A DNA stretch of 64,000 nt from Promethearchaeota archaeon (GTDB lineage: Archaea > Asgardarchaeota > Lokiarchaeia > Sigyniarchaeales > SOKP01). The DNA lies in the NCBI GenBank assembly GCA_019058445.1, contig JAHPZA010000008.1, positions 1 to 64,000 on the forward strand, in the 5' to 3' direction. Both the position numbers and the translations under genes were made by a program. Under the pieces are notes generated by a model. The model was not told where the DNA came from. It made no database searches and saw only the letters and a list, made by a program, of their open reading frames with translations. Below, piece after piece: positions 19,835-29,753 of the stretch. Each line of letters starts with the position of its first letter. Position 1 is the first letter of the stretch.

Positions 19835-20563
19835 CTATGTTTTCCAAAAACGCTTAAAACGAGCTTCTTGAATTTCTTTTATAGGCAGGATTATATCTAA
19901 TACTGTATAAATTTTATCTGTTTGAATAGATTTCTTTGGTTTTTTTCGCTCGCTTCTAAAAGTCTCTAATTCCTTTAGCATTCCTTGATATTTCTCAAAA
20001 TAAAACTCAAACTCTTCCTCATCCAATAATTCAACATAATAATTAATGTGTTTTTTGAAATAAAAATCATCCATATTTTTCCTCGTAGGTGATAATTCGA
20101 ATAGTTTTCTATCAAGCTCATCGTAATAAGGAGGTAAATCTTCAAATATTTTTTTTATTATCTCTATAGTCTTTGCATCGGATCTGAGATCGTGAGAAAG
20201 AATCTCTACAATATCTTCTGGAGGTAGTTTTAAAAAATCAAATCCTAACCTTGTATATGCAAGTAAATTAGGAATTACGGAGTAAATTTTTTTATTAAAT
20301 TGTCCACGTGATTTTACTTCACGTACTTTCAGCAGTCCTGACTCTTCTAGAACACCAAGATGCTTAGTGACTGTTGGCCAACTTTTTCCTAATTTTTCAC
20401 ATAAATCTTTAGCGCTTTGCTCTTTATAAATCCAGAGAAGGAGAAGAATTCTAATTCTAGTAATATTATTTATCGCATCTATAACTTCAACTTGGTTTTT
20501 TATCCGATCTTTTAAGTGATCAATTTTTTCCTGACTAAGTTCCTCGTTTTCTATTTTCACCAT
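19835..20563 (-). CDS. ArsR-like winged-helix regulator with C-terminal extension
   Basis: TRIRILLLL...SAKDLCEKLGKSWPTVTKHL.VLEESGL HTH. Confidence 0.82.
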   Translation of the reverse strand: MVKIENEELSQEKIDHLKDRIKNQVEVIDAINNITRIRILLLLWIYKEQSAKDLCEKLGKSWPTVTKHLGVLEESGLLKVREVKSRGQFNKKIYSVIPNLLAYTRLGFDFLKLPPEDIVEILSHDLRSDAKTIEIIKKIFEDLPPYYDELDRKLFELSPTRKNMDDFYFKKHINYYVELLDEEEFEFYFEKYQGMLKELETFRSERKKPKKSIQTDKIYTVLDIILPIKEIQEARFKRFWKT

Positions 20564-20590
20564 TTTAGTTCAGAATGAAATTTTAATTAG

Positions 20591-20672
20591 TTAAAATTAA
20601 TAAAATTTAATAAATAAATAATAAAAATTTTATATAAAAAATTTTTATAAAAAAAAATATATAAAAAATTTA
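20591..20672. promoter_or_regulatory. 82-bp pure A/T divergent promoter with a 14-bp direct repeat
   Basis: No G or C from 20591 to 20672; TATATAAAAAATTT at 20631-20644 and 20658-20671. Confidence 0.55.
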
Positions 20673-20710
20673 GAATATAGAATCTTTAAAAAAATTTTGT
20701 GAGATTAAAG

Positions 20711-22105
20711 ATGAGTGAATCAACTAAAGAGGTAAAATACTCAAAAAAGGTACACTGGTCATATGGGATAGGTGGTTTTTTAGACAACTTTATGCTTGCA
20801 GCCTTTACAGTGAGAATTATTGATTTTTATGAAAATGAGCTTTTATTGGCAATTTTTTGGGTTGGACTAGCTTTCGGAATATACGGCTTCTGGAATATGA
20901 TCAATGATCCCCTATTAGGTTTTTTATCTGATAGAAAAACTCGTTTTACAGAAAAATATGGAAGGAGATATCCATTCTACTTGATAGGAGCTCTGACATA
21001 TGCATGGATTTTTTTGTTTGTTTTCACGGTACCTTTCACTGATCAAATTGGTATGTTCATCTGGCTTCTAGTTACTATATGCATTTTTGAAGGTCTATTT
21101 ACACTTTGGCAGATCAATTATTTATCGCTGTTCCCTGACAAGTTTCGTTCACCCATGGAAAGAACAAAAGTTGGTGTTACTAATACTGTATGGGGATTGA
21201 TTGGTATTGTTTTAGGAGTTGCATTGCCACCAATGTTAATTACTTATGGAGATATCCAAAGTTATATAATTATGGCAATGGCAGTTACGATAATTTGTTT
21301 TATTTTAGCAATCTTTTCAATACCAGGTATGAAGGAGGACCAAGAATTAATTGATCGACAACTAAAAATTTTGGAAGAACAAAAAGATAAAGTATCATTT
21401 TGGCAAACTCTAAAACATGCTATGAAAAATCGGAACTTTGTGGCATATGTATTGACATATATGGGGCATTTAGTAATGACGACCATGATGTTAGCTTCAT
21501 TGCCATATTGGAATAAATATATAATTGGTTCAGATGATCCTGAATTAGAAACAATCTTAGCAGCGGGATTTTTAGTAGCAGTACTCATATCAGTTCCAAT
21601 ATGGAGTAAAATTGGACAAAAATATGGGAATAAAAACGCATTTATGATGGGAACTCTTTTAACGACATTTCTCTTTATTCCAATGTTTTTCATCAGTGAT
21701 TTATTATTGAGCACGATCTTTATTGCGTTAATCGGTGTTGGTATAGGGGCTATTTGGGTGTTGATGTATCCTTGTTTCTCAGATGTAATTGACGAGATTG
21801 TGATAGAAACTGAAAAGCGACAAGAGGGGGTTTATACAGGGATTAGAACTTTTTTTGGAAGATTTCCTATTGTGATCCAAGCTATCGCATTTATGGTCGT
21901 ACATCCACTTACAGGGTATAGGGCAGGTGCACCTCCAGGACAAAGCTCTCAGACATTATTAGCACAATTTGGAATTCGATTTCTAATGGCAGGACTTCCG
22001 ATGATCTTCTATTTTATAGGATTTCTATTAATGTGGAAGGTCTACACGTTAGATAAGGCTTGTGTAGCGGAGAATAAGGAATTACTACAAAGAAAACTTC
22101 TTTAA
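20711..22105 (+). CDS. MFS transporter, GPH (MelB-like) family
   Basis: WNMINDPLLGFLSD...GRRYP, ERTK, DVIDE...KRQEGVY. ATG 20711 preferred over GTG 20699. Confidence 0.9.
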   Translation: MSESTKEVKYSKKVHWSYGIGGFLDNFMLAAFTVRIIDFYENELLLAIFWVGLAFGIYGFWNMINDPLLGFLSDRKTRFTEKYGRRYPFYLIGALTYAWIFLFVFTVPFTDQIGMFIWLLVTICIFEGLFTLWQINYLSLFPDKFRSPMERTKVGVTNTVWGLIGIVLGVALPPMLITYGDIQSYIIMAMAVTIICFILAIFSIPGMKEDQELIDRQLKILEEQKDKVSFWQTLKHAMKNRNFVAYVLTYMGHLVMTTMMLASLPYWNKYIIGSDDPELETILAAGFLVAVLISVPIWSKIGQKYGNKNAFMMGTLLTTFLFIPMFFISDLLLSTIFIALIGVGIGAIWVLMYPCFSDVIDEIVIETEKRQEGVYTGIRTFFGRFPIVIQAIAFMVVHPLTGYRAGAPPGQSSQTLLAQFGIRFLMAGLPMIFYFIGFLLMWKVYTLDKACVAENKELLQRKLL

Positions 22106-22238
22106 CTTATTATAAAATAAATTTTTTATTTTTTTTTCTTTATGTTTTAGGATAAAAATATTTAGTAATCAGAACAATTTATTAACACTGGGGCTTAAAA
22201 CGGACTATTAATTAAATAAAAAAAAATATATTTTAAAA

Positions 22239-22613
22239 TTATTTTACCTGCGCAATAGCTTCGATTTCAACCACCATTCCGGCTGCTGGGAATTGTGAAA
22301 CCTCAACTGTGGTCCTTGCAGGAAAATTTTCAGTCACTCCATTGTCTTCGAAAAATTTCTTATAAGTTCTGTTCATTTTTCCGAAGTCCTTCATATCTTT
22401 TAAAAATACCGTAGTTTTCACGATATTTTCGACCTTTAGACCTGCAGCCTCCACGATCGCTTTCACATTTTGAAGCGTCGTTTGGGTTTGGTCTTTAATA
22501 TTATCTGTCCCCGCAGCAGGACCTTGACCTGAGACGAAAAGTAAAGTACCAGTCTTAACGCCTGGAGTATAAGGGCCGGCGACAGGGGTACCTGGTCTTA
22601 TATATTCAGCCAT
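22239..22613 (-). CDS. ridA: RidA/YjgF-family reactive intermediate deaminase
   Basis: GPY, LFVSGQ, VKTTVFL.DM, PART (catalytic Arg), VEIEAIA. Confidence 0.9.
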   Translation of the reverse strand: MAEYIRPGTPVAGPYTPGVKTGTLLFVSGQGPAAGTDNIKDQTQTTLQNVKAIVEAAGLKVENIVKTTVFLKDMKDFGKMNRTYKKFFEDNGVTENFPARTTVEVSQFPAAGMVVEIEAIAQVK

Positions 22614-22636
22614 ATTTTAATTTACACCTTTTTATT

Positions 22637-23716
22637 TTAATAACTTTTTCCTCGAGCAGATATTTCCCATCTTCCCACATATTCATTATCTTTTACAATA
22701 TGTATATAGTCGTATAGATTTATTGAAGTGCATATATGGGCGGGAAAAAATTCAATTTTATGTCCTATTTCTAAACCCTCTGCTCCTATTGCTTTAAATT
22801 GTGTATGCTCTTCATTCATAACCCTAATTTTGGATTTAGGAAACTCTTTAAAAACTGGTTTACCATCTCCGGTTGCAATTGCTTTAGCTCCTGCGTCGGT
22901 CGTAAATTCTTTTTTTCCAGTTTGATTTTGTATTGTACCTAATATGGTAACTGCCAATTCAAAATCTGATTCTACCATATGAAGATGCTCATCTGAAAAT
23001 ACGTAAGTTCCTGGTCGTATTTCAGTAATTCCGTCGTATTTTGCAGCATACTTATATGTTCCGGAGCCTGCTGTTGAAATATGATTTATGCCAAATCCGT
23101 TTTTATTTAATAAATCTCTTGTATCAACAATTTTCTTATAACATTCATTCGCCATTTTTTCTTTTTGTTCCAAGTTCATCATTGGAGTCAAATGACCTTC
23201 ATACCCATGTAATCCTATAAGCTTTAAATTGTCCGTTTTTTTAATAAAATTCGCCATCTCAAGTGCAGGTTCACCAGGTTGCACTCCAGATCTTCCTAAT
23301 CCAAGGTCTATATCCAGAAGAACTTCCAATTCAGTATTATTTTTTACGGCAATCTTACTTAGATCCATTATATTTTTTTGTGAATCAACAGCACAACTAA
23401 TCTTAATATATTTGCTTAATTTTGCCAATCTGTCTATATGTGAGGGATTAATAACTTGATTAGCAATATAAATATCATCTATGCCGCTCTGGGCAAAAAC
23501 CTCAGCTTCTCCTACTTTTGCAACGGTAATCCCTTTACATCCTGCCTTAAGCTGCATATGTGCAATAATCGGACATTTGTGGGTTTTTACATGTGGTCTA
23601 TGATTCACATTGTTATCTCGCGCAAATTTTGCCATTGTTTCAATATTCTTCTGCATGATGTTATAATTCAGCACCAGAGCAGGGGTAGGGATCTCATCTT
23701 TCCAACTGTCATCCAT
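22637..23716 (-). CDS. DSD1/D-threonine aldolase-family PLP enzyme (fold type III)
   Basis: TPALV, RPHVKTHK, GYEGH, GSGT, EIRPGTYVF, DAGAK, EEH, HIC metal ligands. Confidence 0.9.
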   Translation of the reverse strand: MDDSWKDEIPTPALVLNYNIMQKNIETMAKFARDNNVNHRPHVKTHKCPIIAHMQLKAGCKGITVAKVGEAEVFAQSGIDDIYIANQVINPSHIDRLAKLSKYIKISCAVDSQKNIMDLSKIAVKNNTELEVLLDIDLGLGRSGVQPGEPALEMANFIKKTDNLKLIGLHGYEGHLTPMMNLEQKEKMANECYKKIVDTRDLLNKNGFGINHISTAGSGTYKYAAKYDGITEIRPGTYVFSDEHLHMVESDFELAVTILGTIQNQTGKKEFTTDAGAKAIATGDGKPVFKEFPKSKIRVMNEEHTQFKAIGAEGLEIGHKIEFFPAHICTSINLYDYIHIVKDNEYVGRWEISARGKSY

Positions 23717-23971
23717 GAATTTTAACTCCTTTTAGAAATTCGATTTTAATAATTGTAAAAAAGCAAAATAATAATTAAATATTTATTAATGCAAAACCGA
23801 ATAATCTATTTAATAATTCTAAGAAAATGATGAACTAAATGGATAAATCTGAAGGCAGTTCTAATAATATAAATCTTTCAAGTAAGACAAACAAACCAAA
23901 ATCTGCTTAGAGAACGGGGTCTTTAGTAATAGAAATAATAAAAAGTAAAAAAATAAAGAGAAATCGAAGTT

Positions 23972-24685
23972 TTATTTTTCAATTTGCTTTCCTACACCGT
24001 AATATAGTAAGAACGCTGTAGCGTAAAGGGTTAAACCTAATATCGATGTCATTAATCTAAATGACGGATCGTTCAAATAATTCGAAACAGAAGATATATA
24101 TAGAATAGCAAAATAGCCTAGAATTGCCAAAATATAAAAGAGCCATTTCTTTTTTATGATTTCATCTTCAAATTTTTTATAGACTTCTACCGAATAGTAG
24201 ATTGTTGGTATTATACAAAAACTAATGACTATAAGAGCATATATCAAAAATGTTAAGGACCATACAGGTTTCCAATTCGTAGAAGCATCAATAGTTATTC
24301 CGCCGTACCATCCAATTGGCGCTAAAACAAGTAATGCACCTCCGTAGATTATTGCTATAAGGTTGTGTTTCTTAACGGTAAAAACCTTCTCTGACTTTAA
24401 GACAATTAGAGTAAATATCAATAAATATACCATGGCGAAACAGAATAAGTAGTATGTTATAAAATGTAATATTTTTACCAATGGATTTACATTCAGCGAA
24501 ACATACACGACATTAACAATCGTTGCAGAGGCAGATAAAAGATAAAATGTACTAAAAAGTTGGTTTAACCTTTTTGTATCTCTTCTCAGAATCATTAGAC
24601 CGAAGATAATATAAATAATTCCCATACCCAGCTGAACAATATAAATCTGGATAAACCTGGCTGTATCTACTTGAAAAAGTACCAT
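23972..24685 (-). CDS. Stand-alone 7TM membrane protein (HisKA_7TM-like sensor domain without output domain)
   Basis: Seven hydrophobic segments; KRLNQLFS.FY after TM1; no soluble domain. Confidence 0.75.
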   Translation of the reverse strand: MVLFQVDTARFIQIYIVQLGMGIIYIIFGLMILRRDTKRLNQLFSTFYLLSASATIVNVVYVSLNVNPLVKILHFITYYLFCFAMVYLLIFTLIVLKSEKVFTVKKHNLIAIIYGGALLVLAPIGWYGGITIDASTNWKPVWSLTFLIYALIVISFCIIPTIYYSVEVYKKFEDEIIKKKWLFYILAILGYFAILYISSVSNYLNDPSFRLMTSILGLTLYATAFLLYYGVGKQIEK

Positions 24686-25136
24686 AATATCAATCCTTTT
24701 TTATTTGTTATATCTTTTAATATTGATTATAGTTGTTTAGTTATAGAAGTATAAATACATTGTTAAATAAAAATCCTAAATAATTTCATTAAAAATTTTT
24801 AAGGTTTACTTTACAACAAAATTATAAAAGCTATTAGATAACTTTATTTCGATTTCCAACTAGATATATCAATGATCAAATTTCTATAACAAAATATTTG
24901 AAAGCTGAATATATTTTTCAGAGTTTCATTACAAAAATCACTAGAGATTAGAGTTTTTTGTCATTCGAATTTATTAAAACATTTTTTCTCAAATTCAAAT
25001 CTAATATTGAAACATCAGTAAAAAAAAGATAAATTTAAATTCGAGATTGGTTTTATTTATTCTTAAAATCGTATACATTTAAAACTCTCATAATTTAACA
25101 ATTTAAATTATATATCCTCTATATAAAGCAGATCGG

Positions 25137-26087
25137 ATGTCAAGCGTAGAAGAGATATTTAATGATATGGCGCAGGAATATGACGATTTATCCGATTTGT
25201 GGTATTCATGGTTTTTTTCGCGGCTTCATTATTTTATAGCTAATAAAATTATTCATAAAAATAATAAGAAGAAAGTTTTAGATATCGGATGTGGAACGGG
25301 ATTTCAATCTTATCTATATTCAGCTGCGGGTTATAATGTAATTGGGATAGATATTGCGAATAATCTTCTTGATATTGCCAAACAAAAAAACCAAATTTTT
25401 AATCCTGATAGGGTTGAATTATTCCCAGAATATTACGATTATGTTACACGATATAATCAAAAAATAAGAAAAATCCTCAAAAAAAAAATTGGTAACATTA
25501 AATATTTACCTCCTAAATTTCATTTCGGTGATGCCCAGAATATAATTTATAATGATAGTGATTTTGATCACATAAATTGTTGCGGTAGTACTCTAAGTTT
25601 TGTCCCGAAACATAAAAAAGCAATATCAGAAATGGCAAGAGTCTTAAAACCTGGTGGAACTTTTCTTATAGATGTAGAACATAAATGGAATTTTAATTTT
25701 TTATGGTATATTTTAGATCCCTTAGTTCGAGGAAAACTCCAAATAAATAATAGTATTAGACAAGGATTAAAATTTTTAGCTAAAAAGTTTACTCGTAATA
25801 TTTGGATTAATTTTCCTTTTGGTGAATTCAATAATCCCGTAAACATGATTTTAAAACTATTTACGACTTATTCCTTAAAAAGAGACTTAATGAAATATGG
25901 ATTAAAAGTAGAAAAAAAATTTTCAATTCATTCCCTCACTAATTTAATTCCTTGTACCTTTCTTGATAGCCTTAAACCTTCTAAAAAACTAGTATCCCTT
26001 TTTAAATTTTTAGCAAAATTAGAAGAAAAACTTCCATGCTATTTACCTGGATCTATTCTAGTATTATATGGTAAAAAAGTAAAATAA
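25137..26087 (+). CDS. Class I SAM-dependent methyltransferase
   Basis: VLDIGCGTG, GIDIA, GDAQ, FDH, EMARVLKPGG. Confidence 0.9.
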   Translation: MSSVEEIFNDMAQEYDDLSDLWYSWFFSRLHYFIANKIIHKNNKKKVLDIGCGTGFQSYLYSAAGYNVIGIDIANNLLDIAKQKNQIFNPDRVELFPEYYDYVTRYNQKIRKILKKKIGNIKYLPPKFHFGDAQNIIYNDSDFDHINCCGSTLSFVPKHKKAISEMARVLKPGGTFLIDVEHKWNFNFLWYILDPLVRGKLQINNSIRQGLKFLAKKFTRNIWINFPFGEFNNPVNMILKLFTTYSLKRDLMKYGLKVEKKFSIHSLTNLIPCTFLDSLKPSKKLVSLFKFLAKLEEKLPCYLPGSILVLYGKKVK

Positions 26088-26150
26088 ACAAATTTAATAA
26101 AGCTTAAGTCTAATCTATAAGGTATGATACTATTTTAAAATTAATGCATT

Positions 26151-27140
26151 TTAAATTAGCTTCAATCTCTGGAGTAAACCAGTAACTAAAATAGGGAGAG
26201 CAATAGTGGCATCACACCAAACACTAACATAATTTGAATCTAAAGAATATTTTCCCCATGATTTAGATTCAGATATAGTACAACCAGAAAGGCCCCCGTC
26301 ATATTCAGTAGCAGTATGGATCCTGACGGAATAATTATACCCCATTGTTTCGATATTATCGATCTGGTCAAGTAAGGGAAAGATTTGTTGAGCCCAGTTC
26401 CTTGGAACACCACCCCCAATCACTATAGTCCCATACTTTTTAGAAGTTTTTATTAAATCTCCGAAATTTAAAACATCCTTTAAAATATCAAATTGAAAGT
26501 TATAATCATCTCTTTTTGAATATTTTATAAGATTTAGGGCTAATTCAGAGTCCGAAAAAGCGGGTACATAAATAGGGATGGCATTTTCAGAGGCAACAGA
26601 TATAATACTCCTCTTTTGTATTTTATCTCCGAGAAGTTTTAGAAATTCTGAGGGTGTTAAGCGTATATCCTTAGATTTAAATGTGTCTTGAATTATTTTA
26701 AATAATGCTTCTTCAGCTGATTGGTAATTCTCTTCAGGAAGAAATACATCATAAATTCGATTTATACGATATTCAAATAATTCATTATCATCAACAAATG
26801 GACTCCCTATATAGTGACCTTGATGTGCAAAAATATCAACAATATCATGTATAATATTTGCTCCAGTCGTAACTAAAACATCTATTAATTTATATTCCAT
26901 TAATACGCATATAAGCTCCCCCATCCCTGCTGGAACCATAGCTCCACTCAATGTTAAAACAGTGAGACATTCTTGGTTTGTGACCATTTTTTCCAAAATA
27001 TCAAGGGCTTGTCCTAAATTGCGACCCTGAAATCCACAATATCTAAGAGCTGATAAAAGATCATCTATGTTAGAGACTCTTTTCACATCAAGGGGTTGAA
27101 TTTTTTTTAATAAGTAGTCTTCCTTCTTATGATATTCCAT
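26151..27140 (-). CDS. dys: Deoxyhypusine synthase family protein
   Basis: GFQG.NL, SGAMVPAG, TTGAN..HD, RIYD, PAFSDS, GGGVP.N, DGGLSG, SWGK (catalytic Lys), DATIALP. Confidence 0.92.
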   Translation of the reverse strand: MEYHKKEDYLLKKIQPLDVKRVSNIDDLLSALRYCGFQGRNLGQALDILEKMVTNQECLTVLTLSGAMVPAGMGELICVLMEYKLIDVLVTTGANIIHDIVDIFAHQGHYIGSPFVDDNELFEYRINRIYDVFLPEENYQSAEEALFKIIQDTFKSKDIRLTPSEFLKLLGDKIQKRSIISVASENAIPIYVPAFSDSELALNLIKYSKRDDYNFQFDILKDVLNFGDLIKTSKKYGTIVIGGGVPRNWAQQIFPLLDQIDNIETMGYNYSVRIHTATEYDGGLSGCTISESKSWGKYSLDSNYVSVWCDATIALPILVTGLLQRLKLI

Positions 27141-27215
27141 ATATAGTAAAATACTTTAAATATTAATAATTTTATTTATATTAATAATATTAAATAACTA
27201 ATAAATTACCGAATT

Positions 27216-27764
27216 ATGTCTCTAGTTCCAAATACTGTATTTTTTACGAAGGGTAAAGGATACCATAAATCAGAATTAGGCTCTTTCGAACAAGCCTTAC
27301 GTGATGCTAGTATTGAAAAGTATAATATAGTATCTGTATCATCTATTCTTCCTCCGTATTGTATTGAGATTCCAAAAAAAGATGGGTTAGCTCAACTCCG
27401 TTCTGGACAAATTGTATATTCAGTCATGAGCCGTGTTTCGAGCAATGAGTACAATCGCTTGATTTGTGCTTCTATTGGTGTAGCGAAACCTGCGGACCAG
27501 AGAACCTATGGCTATTTGAGTGAACATCATGCTTTTGGCACAAAACCTGAAAATGCGGGAGATTTTGCTGAAGATTTAGCTGCGGAAATGTTAGCTACAA
27601 CATTGGGCGTAGCTTTTGATCCCGAAGCGAATTATGATGAAAAGAAAGAAATTTATAAAATGGACGGGAAAATTGTAGAGACTAAAAATATCACAGAATC
27701 AGCCACAGTTAGGGAAGAGGGGGAGTGGCTCACAGTATTAGCCGCTGCCGTCTTTATAATATAA
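27216..27764 (+). CDS. pdaD: Pyruvoyl-dependent arginine decarboxylase
   Basis: SFEQALRDA.I..YN.V.VSSILP self-cleavage site, GYLSEHH, AEDLAAEMLA. Confidence 0.92.
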   Translation: MSLVPNTVFFTKGKGYHKSELGSFEQALRDASIEKYNIVSVSSILPPYCIEIPKKDGLAQLRSGQIVYSVMSRVSSNEYNRLICASIGVAKPADQRTYGYLSEHHAFGTKPENAGDFAEDLAAEMLATTLGVAFDPEANYDEKKEIYKMDGKIVETKNITESATVREEGEWLTVLAAAVFII

Positions 27765-27844
27765 TTAGAATTTTATACTTTTATTTTCTTTCCTATTTAA
27801 TTAAGAATAATTTTAATTATTCGAATATTATATAATCTTAGACC

Positions 27845-28972
27845 ATGCATACGATTGTTGGCGAAGCAGTTTTTATCAGATTATATGATGTTGGCAGATC
27901 TATTGATTTAAACAGAGTTTTATCTGTTTTGCCAGGAATTCGTGACCGGAAATTTATAAGAACAAAAGATACTCCACCATATATTTTTATTCCAGAAACA
28001 ATATCTCTAACAATACACCATGATTTTGAGAAAAATCCAACATCAATTAGTAAGTTAGAACTTGAAATTAAGTTATATGAATATGGGGTTATTTCTTTCA
28101 TCGCAAAACTGAACGTTAAGGAATTTCCATTAGAACAAATGCATAAAATTAGAAAAATGGAATTTAGGATTTCAGAAAGCCTTTTAACAATTGATAAATA
28201 TCTGGATAGCTATTATCATAAAATTTATAGCCAAATCGAAGTATTTATTGATAAAACGATATATGGGTTTAACCCTCCAGAAGAAGAAAATTATGCTTGC
28301 TTCTGTATTACTAATGATGTGGGTGATCCATATGAATTTATTAAAAAACATAAAGAATATCTCGCAGCATTTTTAATGGGAGAGTCACCTGAATTAAATC
28401 TTCACTATAGTCAGGTTAAAAGCACATTAAACTATCCATTTTCCTTTTTAAAGAATGACCTTGTTATATTTGATCTTGATCGTTGTTTAATAATTGATCC
28501 TAACCAAGATTATGACGATATTCTATTAATCGTAGAACTTGCGAATTATCAATTACTCGAATTACGAACACTCGATCATTTCCTAGATGAAAGCTTAGAT
28601 ATTGCAGAAAATGATATTCGTTCAATATTTTTTGACAGATTTAAATTATGGAAAAAGCTAAATAAAAGATTAGGTCAGCTCTTTCGATTGAGAATCGATA
28701 TGGAATTCATTTTAGATAATATCGAGAATGTTTCAAAAATCATAGGAGATTATTTTTTAGCTCAAATATTAACCTTTCTGAGCGATTTATTTCAATTGGA
28801 CAAGTGGACTACTAGTATTCGCAATCGTTTGAATCTTTTAGATAATTTATATAGCACAGCAAAAACCAGTGCTAATGAAAGAATTTTATTAATAGTAGAA
28901 ATACTTTTAGGTGTAGTTTTTACTTTAGAATTCATTTTATTTTTAATAGAATTCTTATATTTATTTATCTAA
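27845..28972 (+). CDS. RMD1/DUF155-like protein with C-terminal TM anchor
   Basis: YDVG..IDL, YEYGVISF, helical core (ELRTLD..LD; DYFLAQI...F.LD.W...IRNRL), single C-terminal TM. Confidence 0.6.
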   Translation: MHTIVGEAVFIRLYDVGRSIDLNRVLSVLPGIRDRKFIRTKDTPPYIFIPETISLTIHHDFEKNPTSISKLELEIKLYEYGVISFIAKLNVKEFPLEQMHKIRKMEFRISESLLTIDKYLDSYYHKIYSQIEVFIDKTIYGFNPPEEENYACFCITNDVGDPYEFIKKHKEYLAAFLMGESPELNLHYSQVKSTLNYPFSFLKNDLVIFDLDRCLIIDPNQDYDDILLIVELANYQLLELRTLDHFLDESLDIAENDIRSIFFDRFKLWKKLNKRLGQLFRLRIDMEFILDNIENVSKIIGDYFLAQILTFLSDLFQLDKWTTSIRNRLNLLDNLYSTAKTSANERILLIVEILLGVVFTLEFILFLIEFLYLFI

Positions 28973-29145
28973 AGATAAGAATTAATTCGGATAATATAAA
29001 ATATTACTTACTTATTTTAAAAAGAAGATCATAGAATTTGCTACAAATAATAGAAATGTTTAAATAAAATATTTGTTATATAATAAAATTGATATAACCT
29101 ATTATTTAAGAACATAATTAAATCTCAGAATAAGGTGGTAGAAAA

Positions 29146-29361
29146 ATGATGATTGATGAGGTTACCGGTCCTAAAAAGGGAAAGAAATCTAACGATGACT
29201 ACGATGATGATGACGATGAGTGGGATGATGACGAGGATTGGGAAGATTATGATGAAGAAGATTGGGACAACGATGGTGATTACGAAGATGAGTGGGATGA
29301 GAATGCCGTGGGTGATATAGATGGATATGGGTCTCCCGATTATTATGATGACCGCTTCTAA
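29146..29361 (+). CDS. Small highly acidic D/E-W/Y-rich protein
   Basis: 71 aa with 34 D/E, 4 W and 6 Y; upstream AAGGTGG SD-like sequence; GAY/GAR codon periodicity. Confidence 0.7.
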   Translation: MMIDEVTGPKKGKKSNDDYDDDDDEWDDDEDWEDYDEEDWDNDGDYEDEWDENAVGDIDGYGSPDYYDDRF

Positions 29362-29530
29362 AGACACCCTTGAAAGACAGGCTAGAATAGATCTCATGTA
29401 ACTAATTCAATAAATAAAAAATTTTTTTGATAACTGCTTTTATCTTTTAAAATTAACATTATAAATATTATACCAACTCATTTTATATACATTCAAATTT
29501 TAAACATGAAAATATAGTGATTCAAACAAG

Positions 29531-29662
29531 GTGAATGAAAGCTCAAAGAAGCTTGAAGAAGATAAGGTGAAATATACCTCTCTAACTCTTTGGTCACATG
29601 GTCTTGGAGGATTTTTCACAAATTTCATAAATGTTGTTAAGGGTATTTTTTCCTTTTTTTAA
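29531..29662 (+). pseudogene. N-terminal remnant of a GPH-family MFS transporter
   Basis: GTG ORF MNESSKKLEEDKVKYTSLTLWSHGLGGFFTNFINVVKGIFSFF* aligns with MSESTKEVKYSKKVHWSYGIGGFLDNF of 20711-22105. Confidence 0.65.
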
Positions 29663-29753
29663 TCTAACGTTCTAAAATAAAAGAACTTTAATCAAAACTT
29701 AAATTTTAATTCATAAATCTTAATTAAATTGAATTTAAAATTAAGAAAATAAG

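Noticed and set aside
24686-25136. 450-bp intergenic gap as a hidden gene or RNA
   Set aside because: No convincing ORF, repeat or stable structure seen by eye.
29125-29397. Hydrophobic 90-aa minus-strand ORF
   Set aside because: It is the antisense of the GAT/GAC-rich acidic gene, which automatically yields Ile/Val runs.
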